A stretch of 36,870 nt of DNA from an uncultured Candidatus Saccharibacteria bacterium (GTDB lineage Bacteria > Patescibacteriota > Minisyncoccia > 2-02-FULL-40-12 > GWA2-44-9), in NCBI GenBank assembly GCA_964479835.1, contig CAYZRE010000004.1, positions 1-36,870 of the forward strand, written 5' to 3'. How positions within the stretch are numbered: position 1 is the first letter of the stretch; each line of letters opens with the position of its first letter. The position numbers and the translations under genes were made by a program. The notes beneath the pieces were generated by a model, which was given only the letters and a program-made list of their open reading frames with translations, was not told where the DNA came from and did not search any database. Shown here piece after piece: positions 27,421 through 35,661 of this stretch.

Positions 27421-27448
27421 ATTGTAGACAGTCATTTGGCGATGTCAA
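27421..27448 (-). promoter_or_regulatory. sigma70 promoter, leaderless, for the acidic ORF
   Basis: TTGACA-16 nt-TACAAT, 6 nt before ATG 27414; the -35 overlaps the ruvC stop. Confidence 0.7.
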
Positions 27449-27918
27449 TACTTGCGTTGTGCGGTCGAGCAGCACAACGCAAGCGCGAGTGCATCAGCGG
27501 CGTCATCCGGACTTATTTTCTCTTTGATGCGCAACAGCATGCGCACCATGTCCTGCACTTGCGGTTTTTTTGCCTGGCCGTTACCACAGACGCCGCGCTT
27601 TACCTGTTGGGGCGTGAATTCGACAACAGGGACTCCGTGTTGCGCGAGCGTGAGCATAATAACGCCGCGCATCTCGGCGACCGCCATAGCTGTTTTTGCG
27701 TTGTTCATGAAGAACAGGCGCTCCACGGCGGCCGACTGCGGTTTGTAGGAGGTGATGAGCTTGGTCAGCGCCAGGGCAGTCGATTGTTTGTCCTTCATCG
27801 AATCGGTTCCCGGGTTACGGAAGACACCCCAGGTGAGCGGCTGAAGTGAGCCGGCGGCATCTTCGACGATGCCGTAGCCAATGATTGTGGTCCCCGGATC
27901 AATACCAAGATAGCGCAT
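27445..27918 (-). CDS. ruvC: Holliday junction resolvase RuvC
   Basis: LGIDPG, VERLFF, EMRGV, G.G.AKK.QV..MV, PDDAADALALA. Confidence 0.96.
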   Translation of the reverse strand: MRYLGIDPGTTIIGYGIVEDAAGSLQPLTWGVFRNPGTDSMKDKQSTALALTKLITSYKPQSAAVERLFFMNNAKTAMAVAEMRGVIMLTLAQHGVPVVEFTPQQVKRGVCGNGQAKKPQVQDMVRMLLRIKEKISPDDAADALALALCCSTAQRKY

Positions 27919-27922
27919 ATCT

Positions 27923-28153
27923 TCAGGAGAGTTCGGACCCTCGTTTGACGGCCCGTTCGATAGTATCTTTTGGCATGTTTATTTTTCGAGCACGCTCGAT
28001 TTCTCCTTTTAATCGCATATTCGTGCCGGGGTCGGGGTTACCTCGCGCGGCTGCCGCTATTGCCTGCGATAACTTTCCGAATTCGTGGCTCTTTTTGGCA
28101 TCAGCGGCTCCCTTTTTGTGTTTTATCTGACCCCATTTATTGTGTCCGGACAT
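27923..28153 (-). CDS. yebC: YebC/PmpR family protein, N-terminal domain only (76 aa)
   Basis: [31 protein letters not shown]; the stop is 4 nt before ruvC. Confidence 0.85.
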   Translation of the reverse strand: MSGHNKWGQIKHKKGAADAKKSHEFGKLSQAIAAAARGNPDPGTNMRLKGEIERARKINMPKDTIERAVKRGSELS

Positions 28154-28162
28154 GGTAACAAT

Positions 28163-29185
28163 TTAGAAATCCAACTTCAGAGACGCAGGATCCGGTACGC
28201 CAACATGATCACGCCCTGCTTTTGTAATGACGCGTCCCTTGGTAGTTCGGGCAATGAAGCCCAAGCGCATGAGGTACGGTTCGTAGACATCCTCGACAGT
28301 GCTTTCTTCTTCGGATATCGAAGCCGCAATTGACTTCAGTCCGACCGGACCGCCGCTGAATGTTGTCGCAATGGCAAGTAATATCTTTCGGTCGGTTTCC
28401 TCAAGGCCCTGTGGATCGACTTCCAACATGTGCAGTGCGGCTTTTGCGGTCGACTCATCGATGTCCGCGATGTTATGCACCTGCGCATAATCGCGGACGC
28501 GCTTCAGAAGTCGGTTGGCAACACGAGGAGTGGCGCGCGCCGAGCGGGCGATAAGCGCGAGTGCAGGCTTAGTGACCGTGATGCCCAAGAGTCCGGCCGA
28601 GCGGGTGATGATGCGTTCGATCTCGTCAGGCGTGTAGTATTCAAGACGGAAGCTGGAACCGAAGCGTGAGCGAAATGGGGCCGAAAGCATCGATATTTTC
28701 GTGGTCGCGGCAACCAGTGTGAAGCGGGGAAGATCAATTTGGAGTGTCTTGGCCGCGTTGCCTTTGCCGATGACGATGTCGAGCTTGAAATTCTCCATCG
28801 CTGGGTAGATGACCTCCTCAACCATCTTGTTGAGGCGGTGGACTTCATCAATAAACAATACATCACCGTCCGACAACCCTGTCAGTATAGAGCCCACATC
28901 GCCGGCCTTCTCGAGAGCAGTTCCGGAGGTCATGCGCATATTGGCATTGAGCTCACGCGCGACCAGATAGGCCAGTGTTGTCTTGCCCAGACCCGAGGGA
29001 CCGTGCAGGAGGACATGCTCGGGAGACTCCTTGCGCTTTTTGGCGGCACCCAGTACGATGCGGAGGTTTTCCTTTGCTTTCTCCTGCCCCACATACTCCG
29101 CAAAGCTTTTTGGGCGTAGGGTCAGGTCCAGTAACTGGTCGTCGGGACCGCTCCGGGGGGTTATCTGGGGCTCCTTGACATTCAT
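28163..29185 (-). CDS. ruvB: Holliday junction branch migration ATPase RuvB
   Basis: LRPKSF.EYVGQ, GPSGLGKTTLA, FIDEVHR, EDVYEPYL. Start reset to MNVKEP (ATG 29185). Confidence 0.96.
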   Translation of the reverse strand: MNVKEPQITPRSGPDDQLLDLTLRPKSFAEYVGQEKAKENLRIVLGAAKKRKESPEHVLLHGPSGLGKTTLAYLVARELNANMRMTSGTALEKAGDVGSILTGLSDGDVLFIDEVHRLNKMVEEVIYPAMENFKLDIVIGKGNAAKTLQIDLPRFTLVAATTKISMLSAPFRSRFGSSFRLEYYTPDEIERIITRSAGLLGITVTKPALALIARSARATPRVANRLLKRVRDYAQVHNIADIDESTAKAALHMLEVDPQGLEETDRKILLAIATTFSGGPVGLKSIAASISEEESTVEDVYEPYLMRLGFIARTTKGRVITKAGRDHVGVPDPASLKLDF

Positions 29186-29203
29186 AGAAAAATGGAATAG
29201 AAT
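29175..29203 (+). promoter_or_regulatory. Near-consensus sigma70 promoter driving the intergenic RNA
   Basis: TTGACA (29175-80)-17 nt-TAGAAT (29198-203); no + strand CDS follows. Confidence 0.75.
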
Positions 29204-29209
29204 ATATGC

Positions 29210-29397
29210 TGGTACGCTGCAATAAGGACCTCTATAATCTGTAGGCAACTGAACCCAGTGCCCTAAGCATGCCGGTTCAGTCGGGATACTCTCTTAGCTC
29301 GGAAGATTTGGTTTCGACTGGATCTCTCCTCGGAATTATCCTGTCCCGTGACCCTATGGTCGTGGATATTGCCTACAGGTTATAAAGGTTCTTTTGC
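29210..29397 (+). ncRNA. Structured ncRNA, ~180-190 nt four-way junction (family unassigned; 6S-like size)
   Basis: ~28-bp closing stem 29219-29248/29369-29397 plus three internal helices, a UUCG loop, nine G-U pairs on the + strand, and an upstream promoter. Confidence 0.7.
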
Positions 29398-31070
29398 TAT
29401 CCCAAAACGCGGTGGATCTCCTCTACCGATGTGATTCCTTGTAACAGCTTAAGATAGCCATCCTGCAGCATGGTGACCATGCCCTCCTTGATGGCCAAGT
29501 CGCGGATGTCGGTAACCGAGGCCTCATCAAGAATCAATCGCTCCATCGCGCGGGTCACCTCAAACACCTCGTAGACCCCGACACGGCCCTTGTAGCCAAT
29601 ACTATTGCACTTGCCGCACCCGACCGGACCGTACACGGCGGACGATGCATCGGTGGCAGAAAGATCAAACCGCTTACTGATCGGAGCAATCTGCTCCTCT
29701 AGTTTTTGTGTATCCTTTTCCTCTAAGGGAAGTTTCTTTTTGCATGACACGCACAGTCTACGCAGAAGTCGTTGGCCCATCGCCATGGTCATCGCCGGGG
29801 CGATTGTTTCCGGCTTGGCTCCAAGGTCGATGAGGCGGGGGATGGTGCCGGCCGCATCGTTAGTGTGAATGGTGGACAGCACCATGTGGCCGGTCAGCGC
29901 AGCTTCCAACGCGATACTCGCGGTCTCAAGGTCGCGGATTTCACCGATGAGAATAATGTCGGGGTCTTGGCGTACGATAGCACGCAGTCCTCCCGCGAAT
30001 GTATAGCCCTTGGACGGTTCAACTTGCGTCTGATTGACCCCCTTGATGTGGTATTCGATAGGGTCCTCCACGGTGATTATTTTCATGTCCGGCGTGTTCA
30101 GGTGGTTCAGAAACGCGTACAGCGTTGTGGTTTTTCCGGAGCCGGTGGGCCCTGTCGTGAGCAGTGTTCCCTGGGGTCGCGCCAGTAGCTCCTTCACCTG
30201 GGTGAGCACATCGGTGCGCATGCCAAGGTCTTCTAGGTTTGCTTGGATACTGCGCGGATCCAACAAGCGCATCACAATAGATTCTCCGTATTCGCTCGGA
30301 AGAACGGAAACACGAACCTCGATGGCGACATCGCTCTGGCGGATAGTAAATCGTCCGTCCTGGGGCGCTTTGGTGATATTCAACTTCATCTTCGACAGCA
30401 CTTTGACGCGATTGAGTACGCGTTGATATCGCGCCTTGTCGATGGTGGCAACTTCGTGCAGAAGACCGTCGAGGCGATACCGCAGACGGCACACATCAGA
30501 TTCCGGTTCGAAATGGATGTCGGATGCGCTCGTTGAAAGCGCTCCGGCGATAAGAATCTCAAACAACTGTGTTACCGGAATCTGTTCCAACTGGCCTTTA
30601 AGGTCGTTGATGTTCTTAATCTTTTCCTGTGCCTGCTCCATTACCGCGTCGTCCACACTAATGGCACCCACCTCGAATGTTGCGATGGTTTTAATAGTCG
30701 CGTAGCGCGTCCAGATGACCTCCATAGTTGCGTGGGCGACCATGAGTATCTTCAGCGTTGTGTAGCGCGTGCTGAGTTCCTTTAAGAGTGTTGCGGCTTC
30801 AGGCGTGCGCGGGTCGAGGACTGCAACAACAGCTACTGCACCTTTTGTTTGCACAACAGCGAGGCCGGCTGCGCGGGACTGCACCTCGGGAACAACCTTG
30901 AGTGCCTCGGGATCAATAGGCAGACCTTTAATGTCTGCGAACGACAGGCCGAGCTCTGTGGCAAGCGTTTGCGCAGAGAGCGATTGCTCCTTTGCGCCGA
31001 TACTGGACAACTTCTTTTCCAGTTCGGCCGCGATGTCGGGCTTTGTGGGCTGTGCGGGTGAGGTCGGCAT
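29397..31070 (-). CDS. Type IV pilus assembly ATPase, PilB/GspE family
   Basis: ASDIHFEP, PQDGRF, TGPTGSGKTTTLY, TVEDPIEY, RQDPDIILIGEIRD, STIHTN, CxxC...CxxC, GYKGRVGVYE. Confidence 0.93.
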   Translation of the reverse strand: MPTSPAQPTKPDIAAELEKKLSSIGAKEQSLSAQTLATELGLSFADIKGLPIDPEALKVVPEVQSRAAGLAVVQTKGAVAVVAVLDPRTPEAATLLKELSTRYTTLKILMVAHATMEVIWTRYATIKTIATFEVGAISVDDAVMEQAQEKIKNINDLKGQLEQIPVTQLFEILIAGALSTSASDIHFEPESDVCRLRYRLDGLLHEVATIDKARYQRVLNRVKVLSKMKLNITKAPQDGRFTIRQSDVAIEVRVSVLPSEYGESIVMRLLDPRSIQANLEDLGMRTDVLTQVKELLARPQGTLLTTGPTGSGKTTTLYAFLNHLNTPDMKIITVEDPIEYHIKGVNQTQVEPSKGYTFAGGLRAIVRQDPDIILIGEIRDLETASIALEAALTGHMVLSTIHTNDAAGTIPRLIDLGAKPETIAPAMTMAMGQRLLRRLCVSCKKKLPLEEKDTQKLEEQIAPISKRFDLSATDASSAVYGPVGCGKCNSIGYKGRVGVYEVFEVTRAMERLILDEASVTDIRDLAIKEGMVTMLQDGYLKLLQGITSVEEIHRVLG

Positions 31071-31127
31071 ACACGGCTACCATACGCGAGAAGCCCTTTT
31101 TGTAAACGATTTTTTGTGGACAACAAC

Positions 31128-31154
31128 TAAACGGCTCACGGAATGAGCCGTTTA
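31128..31154. promoter_or_regulatory. 11-bp perfect inverted repeat between divergent pilB and nusA promoters
   Basis: TAAACGGCTCA-CGGAA-TGAGCCGTTTA abuts the nusA -35. Confidence 0.5.
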
Positions 31155-31182
31155 TTGACTTCTCCTGCCAACCTGCTATGAT
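31155..31182 (+). promoter_or_regulatory. sigma70 promoter of nusA-tig
   Basis: TTGACT-16 nt-TATGAT with extended TG. Confidence 0.65.
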
Positions 31183-31248
31183 GGTTGTACTGAGGTCCAC
31201 GAGAGTGGGCCTCCATTTGTAGGGTAGTAACAACTAAATACGCAAGTC

Positions 31249-32496
31249 ATGATAGATATTAAGCAGTTCGTATCGGCCATCAAACAGATTGCCGAGGAAA
31301 AGGGAATCCCACAGGAGAGCGTACTGGAGACCGTTGAGGCCGCACTTGCGGCCGCATACAAGCGCGATTATGGCAAGAAGGGTCAGATTATTAAGGTCAA
31401 ACTCAACTCCGGAAGCGGAGAAATGGACATCACCCAGACGCACTATGTCGTAGAAGGGGTTGATGAAGAGGGATATGTTACCGGACCGTTGCCGGAGAAA
31501 GTAACCCAAGACCGCATTGATATCGTCGACATTCAGCGCCAGCGCGAGTTGGGCCAGGCAATTACCGGCGAGCACGAAGTCAACGCCGAAGGTCAGATTC
31601 GCGTAAAGTTCAACCCGGAGAAGCACATCATCCTGGAAGATGCACGCAAACAGCAGAAAAATTCGCAGATTGGTGATGAGGTTGTCGTTATCCTCGAGGC
31701 CAAGAGTGATTTCGGACGCATTGCCGCTCAAACCGCCAAGCAGGTGGTGATTCAGCGTCTCCGTGAAGCGGAGCGTGGCGCGATGATGGCGGAGTACCGC
31801 GGCAAAGAGGGAACACTTATCAGCGGTATCGTACAGCGCAGGGAGGGACCGTTGGTGTTCATCGACCTCGGGAAAGCCAGCGGCTTGTTACCGGCAGCCG
31901 AGCAGATGCCTTCAGACCACTACCGCATCGATCAGCGCTTGCGCTTTTACATCGTCAAAGTTGAAGACGCGGCACGCGGCCCGGTTATTGTCTTGTCGCG
32001 CTCGCACCCCAACCTGGTGCGCGAATTATTCCGTATGGAAGTTCCGGAGATCGACAGTGGCGCCGTTATCGTGATGGGTATTGCCAGAGAGGCCGGCAGT
32101 CGCACGAAAATTGCTGTTGCATCGAATGAAGAGGGAGTAGACCCGATCGGTTCGTTGGTGGGTCAGCGTGGCGTTCGCGTGCAGACCGTCATCAACGATT
32201 TGGCCGGTGAAAAAATCGATATTATCCAGTATGACACCGATGCGTCGCGCTATATCGTCAACGCCCTCTCTCCCGCAAAGATTCTCCAGGTAAACCTGAC
32301 CGACATGGAGCACAAGATTGCACTGGCGGAGGTCGCTGACGACCAGTTCTCACTCGCAATCGGCAAAGGCGGACAGAATGTGCGCCTTGCCGCAAAACTA
32401 ACCGGCTGGAAAATCGATGTGCGCAGCCCCAAGGAAGTAGCATCATCGGAAGAACCGGCCGCACCGGTAGCCGCCGAAACCGAACCAGTTGTATGA
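31249..32496 (+). CDS. nusA: Transcription factor NusA
   Basis: FGRIAAQTAKQV, S1 domain, LSRSHP, AREAGSRTKIAV, G.RG.RV, SLAIGKGGQNVRLAAKLTGWKID. Confidence 0.97.
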   Translation: MIDIKQFVSAIKQIAEEKGIPQESVLETVEAALAAAYKRDYGKKGQIIKVKLNSGSGEMDITQTHYVVEGVDEEGYVTGPLPEKVTQDRIDIVDIQRQRELGQAITGEHEVNAEGQIRVKFNPEKHIILEDARKQQKNSQIGDEVVVILEAKSDFGRIAAQTAKQVVIQRLREAERGAMMAEYRGKEGTLISGIVQRREGPLVFIDLGKASGLLPAAEQMPSDHYRIDQRLRFYIVKVEDAARGPVIVLSRSHPNLVRELFRMEVPEIDSGAVIVMGIAREAGSRTKIAVASNEEGVDPIGSLVGQRGVRVQTVINDLAGEKIDIIQYDTDASRYIVNALSPAKILQVNLTDMEHKIALAEVADDQFSLAIGKGGQNVRLAAKLTGWKIDVRSPKEVASSEEPAAPVAAETEPVV

Positions 32497-33776
32497 ACAT
32501 AACGACCAAGACGACGGACGCCTCCACGCTTACTGCGGACATTACGCTCGACGCGCCCGAGCTCTCCCATTATATAGAAGAAGCGAAGAAACAGATTGCT
32601 CAAGAGGTGACCGTCGAAGGATTCCGAAGAGGGAAAGCACCACAGCATCTCGTTGATAAACAACTCAACACCGAAGTTGTACGCACCGAAGCATTAGAGC
32701 TTGCCCTGGAGGGAAGTTTCAGTGAGGCGGTCGTCAAACAAGAGTGGGATATCATCAGAACGACTGACCTGAAAGTCGAGCGCAACGACGCAACAGGACT
32801 GCACTACAGTGTACAGGTGCACCTATGGCCGCAGGTGACTCTGCCGGATTTGGAGACAATCAAAGTCCCGCGCAAGGCGGTTGAAGTTTCCGAAGTGGAG
32901 ACGGAGGAGGCACTGGATACCGTACGCAACATGCGCGCGACATTTCTGGATAAGGTGGAAGCGGCACTTGTCGGAGACCGCGTCGAAGTTGACTTCGACG
33001 CTTCAATAAACGGCACGCCGATCGAAGGGGGCTCAAGTCGGAATCATCCGCTTGTCATCGGGGGCAAGAGTTTTATGCCGGGATTTGAGGAAGAGCTGGT
33101 CGGCCTGACGGCAGGTCAGACCAAACAGTTCTCGCTCACCGCACCGGCTGACTACTACGAATCGGCGGTAGCCGGTAAACACGTCGATTTTTCCGTTACG
33201 GTGCGTCGTGTGCAGACCGTTCTCAAGCCAATCGCAGATGACGCCTTTGCAAAATCGCTCGGCAATTTCACGCTCATGGAGCAACTTCGGGTGAGTCTTC
33301 GGGAAGGCATCGTAAACGAGAAGCGCGCCAAAGAGAAACAGCGCGTCCGTCTCGCAATCCTCGATGCTATTATCGCAACATCTTCCGTGCCGGCACCGGA
33401 TGCGCTGGTGAAGAGTGAGCTCGATGATATGGTACATCGGTTCGGACACGACCTTCAGGGTCGCGGTATCGAATTGAGTATGTATCTTGCGCGCATGAAG
33501 AAGACCGAAGACGACCTTAGAAAAGACTGGAATGCGGAAGCCCAGCGACAGGTGCGCATCACACTGGTACTGCGGACGACGGCAAAGCAAAAAAGCATCA
33601 CCGTATCGCCTGATGAGGTGGAGGCGGCGCTCAATGAAGCAATCGGTGAACTTATTCGTCAGGGGCAGGCGACTGAAGAACAGGTTGACCCGCAACGAAT
33701 TCGCAACGCTCTTCACGAGCGCATGCTGACCGACCGCACGCTGGATTTCCTCGAGGGGGCCTGTGCAACGGCGTAG
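32493..33776 (+). CDS. tig: Trigger factor
   Basis: GFRRGKAP ribosome-binding motif; FKBP domain (GDRVEVDF...FMPGFEEELVG). Confidence 0.95.
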   Translation: MNITTKTTDASTLTADITLDAPELSHYIEEAKKQIAQEVTVEGFRRGKAPQHLVDKQLNTEVVRTEALELALEGSFSEAVVKQEWDIIRTTDLKVERNDATGLHYSVQVHLWPQVTLPDLETIKVPRKAVEVSEVETEEALDTVRNMRATFLDKVEAALVGDRVEVDFDASINGTPIEGGSSRNHPLVIGGKSFMPGFEEELVGLTAGQTKQFSLTAPADYYESAVAGKHVDFSVTVRRVQTVLKPIADDAFAKSLGNFTLMEQLRVSLREGIVNEKRAKEKQRVRLAILDAIIATSSVPAPDALVKSELDDMVHRFGHDLQGRGIELSMYLARMKKTEDDLRKDWNAEAQRQVRITLVLRTTAKQKSITVSPDEVEAALNEAIGELIRQGQATEEQVDPQRIRNALHERMLTDRTLDFLEGACATA

Positions 33777-33839
33777 AACGCATCTGGATAGGGTTATGCA
33801 CCATTGTGACAGAACATACAGGCCCTATAATGGGCGGGT

Positions 33840-34214
33840 ATGTACAAGTCGCTTCACGCATCACAGATGTCGATTCGGATTGGGCTGGCGGTGGTCTTTC
33901 TGTGGTTCGGGGTGAACAAATTTATCCAGCCGCAGTACTGGGTTGATGCGTGGATGCCGCAATGGGCACAACATGCCGCACAAGTTATCGGCATGAGCGC
34001 CACGGATGTCATATTTCTCAACGGTATCTTCGAGGTACTTGTCGCGGTCAGCTTCGTGACCGGATTTTTCACACGCGCATTTGCAATGGCAGCAATCGTT
34101 TTTCTGGGAGCAATACTGGCGATACACGGACTCGATGAAGTGATGGTGCGCGACATCGGCCTCATCGCCGCACTCGTGGCGCTTGTCATATGGCCGGAGC
34201 GACGGTACGCTTAG
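33840..34214 (+). CDS. DoxX-family membrane protein
   Basis: RIGLAVVFLWFGVNK, G.FE, GFFTR..A, RDIGL; four TM segments; TATAAT 8 nt before the ATG. Confidence 0.75.
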   Translation: MYKSLHASQMSIRIGLAVVFLWFGVNKFIQPQYWVDAWMPQWAQHAAQVIGMSATDVIFLNGIFEVLVAVSFVTGFFTRAFAMAAIVFLGAILAIHGLDEVMVRDIGLIAALVALVIWPERRYA

Positions 34215-34221
34215 CCGTCGA

Positions 34222-35400
34222 ATGCCAAAAGAGATTTATCTTGATTATGCTGCCGCAACGCCAACCGACCCCCGGGTGGTGCGTGCCATGGAGCGCACAC
34301 TACGGCTGTCGGGTAACCCATCGTCGTTTAACGACGCAGGCCGTCGTGCGGCCAAGGTCTTAGAATCTGCGCGCTCAGGTGTGGCGAGTTTTCTCTACGC
34401 ACGCACCGGCGAGATTGTGTTTTGCTCGTCAGGTTCGGAGGCCAACACCCTGGCTATCCTGGGAGTTGCCCACGCACAGGGAAGGGGCGGTCATATCGTC
34501 ACTACGCCCATTGAACATCTTTCGGTGCTCGCACCGGTGAGCCGACTTGTCGCGGAAGGGTTCGGCGTGTCTTTTGTTCCTGTTGATGCACAGGGGGTCG
34601 CGCGCGAACAAGATGTCATCGGCGCAATTAATAAGAAGACAATCCTGGTGTCAGTGATGTACGCAAACAATGAAATCGGGACCATCCAACCGATTGTCCG
34701 CATCGGTCGCGCGATTGCGAATTGGCGGCGAGCCCACCGAAGCGTGTACCCGCTGTTTCATGTCGATGCATGTCAGGCGGCCGCGTATCTTGATATGGAT
34801 GTTCAGCGTCTTGGCGCCGACCTTTTGACACTCAACGGCGCTAAAGTATACGGACCGCATGGTGCTGCTGTGCTTTTTGTACGCCGTGGCGTTGCCGTCG
34901 CGCCGATTATCCTTGGCGGTTCTCAGGAGGGTGGCAGACGCGCAGGCACGGAAGATATCCCGTCAGCGGTGGGCCTTGCGACTGCGCTGTCGTTGGTAAA
35001 AAAGTCCGATAGCGTTGGCGTTTCGAAACTGCGGGACCGTCTGATTGAGGGTATTCTTGCGGCGATTCCGGATGCCCGATTGAACGGTCCCGATGGTTCC
35101 GGACGATTGGCAAACAATGCGAACATCTCGATTCCGGAAGCTGACAGCGAAAATCTTCTATTGGAGCTGGACAGGCACGGTATTCGGGCAGGCTCGGGGT
35201 CAGCGTGCACCGCGCACAGCGTAGAACCGTCTCATGTGTTGCGTGCCATAAAAACGCCGAAGCAGTATCTCGACGGTGCGCTTCGTTTCTCTCTGGGTCG
35301 CGATACTACCCGCGCAGACATTGACCGCGTTATCCATGTGCTACCATCAGTAGTGGAACGCGTCCGCACGCGACGAAACAGGGGAGGGGCGGTTTCTTGA
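34222..35400 (+). CDS. iscS: Cysteine desulfurase (IscS/NifS type)
   Basis: IYLDYAAATP, GNPSS, NNEIGTIQ, HVDACQ, PLP Lys in AKVYGP, GSACT, LRFSLGR. Start reset to MPKEIY. Confidence 0.92.
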   Translation: MPKEIYLDYAAATPTDPRVVRAMERTLRLSGNPSSFNDAGRRAAKVLESARSGVASFLYARTGEIVFCSSGSEANTLAILGVAHAQGRGGHIVTTPIEHLSVLAPVSRLVAEGFGVSFVPVDAQGVAREQDVIGAINKKTILVSVMYANNEIGTIQPIVRIGRAIANWRRAHRSVYPLFHVDACQAAAYLDMDVQRLGADLLTLNGAKVYGPHGAAVLFVRRGVAVAPIILGGSQEGGRRAGTEDIPSAVGLATALSLVKKSDSVGVSKLRDRLIEGILAAIPDARLNGPDGSGRLANNANISIPEADSENLLLELDRHGIRAGSGSACTAHSVEPSHVLRAIKTPKQYLDGALRFSLGRDTTRADIDRVIHVLPSVVERVRTRRNRGGAVS

Positions 35401-35425
35401 ACTGTCACCGTTTTTGTGCTAGAAT
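35397..35425 (+). promoter_or_regulatory. sigma70 promoter for tRNA-Arg/tRNA-Lys
   Basis: TTGAAC-17 nt-TAGAAT with extended TG. Confidence 0.6.
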
Positions 35426-35448
35426 ATATCCGTTCGGGTTCTTCACGG

Positions 35449-35520
35449 GTCCCCGTAGCTTAATGGATAAAGCATCAGCCTTCGAAGCTGTTGATGGGGG
35501 TTCGATTCCCTCCGGGGACA
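35449..35520 (+). tRNA. tRNA-Arg(TCG), CCA not encoded
   Basis: Acceptor GTCCCCG/CGGGGAC, D-loop GGATA, anticodon loop CT-TCG-AA, T-loop GTTCGATT. Confidence 0.93.
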
Positions 35521-35547
35521 CAAGAGTGACCCCGTTACAGACACAGA

Positions 35548-35620
35548 CCGCCCTTAGCTCAGTTGGTAGAGCTGCTCCCTCTTAAGGAGAAGGTCCCTGG
35601 TTCGAATCCAGGAGGGCGGA
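35548..35620 (+). tRNA. tRNA-Lys(CTT), CCA not encoded
   Basis: Acceptor CCGCCCT/AGGGCGG, TAGCTCAGTTGGTAGAGC, anticodon loop CT-CTT-AA, T-arm CCTGG-TTCGAAT-CCAGG. Confidence 0.93.
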
Positions 35621-35623
35621 CAA

Positions 35624-35657
35624 AAAGCAAAACACCCCGTGAGGGGTGTTTTGCTTT
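35624..35657. terminator. Bidirectional intrinsic terminator
   Basis: AAAGCAAAACACCCC-GTGA-GGGGTGTTTTGCTTT. Confidence 0.85.
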
Positions 35658-35661
35658 GAGG

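Noticed and set aside
29300-29330. tmRNA 5' end (GGTTTCGAC)
   Set aside because: No GGGG acceptor start, tag ORF or T-arm/CCA end; the motif is a UUCG-capped hairpin.
31201-31220. rimP-leader-like GAGAGTGGGC hairpin upstream of nusA
   Set aside because: The 3' arm is degenerate (mostly G-U pairs, 2-nt loop); too weak to call.
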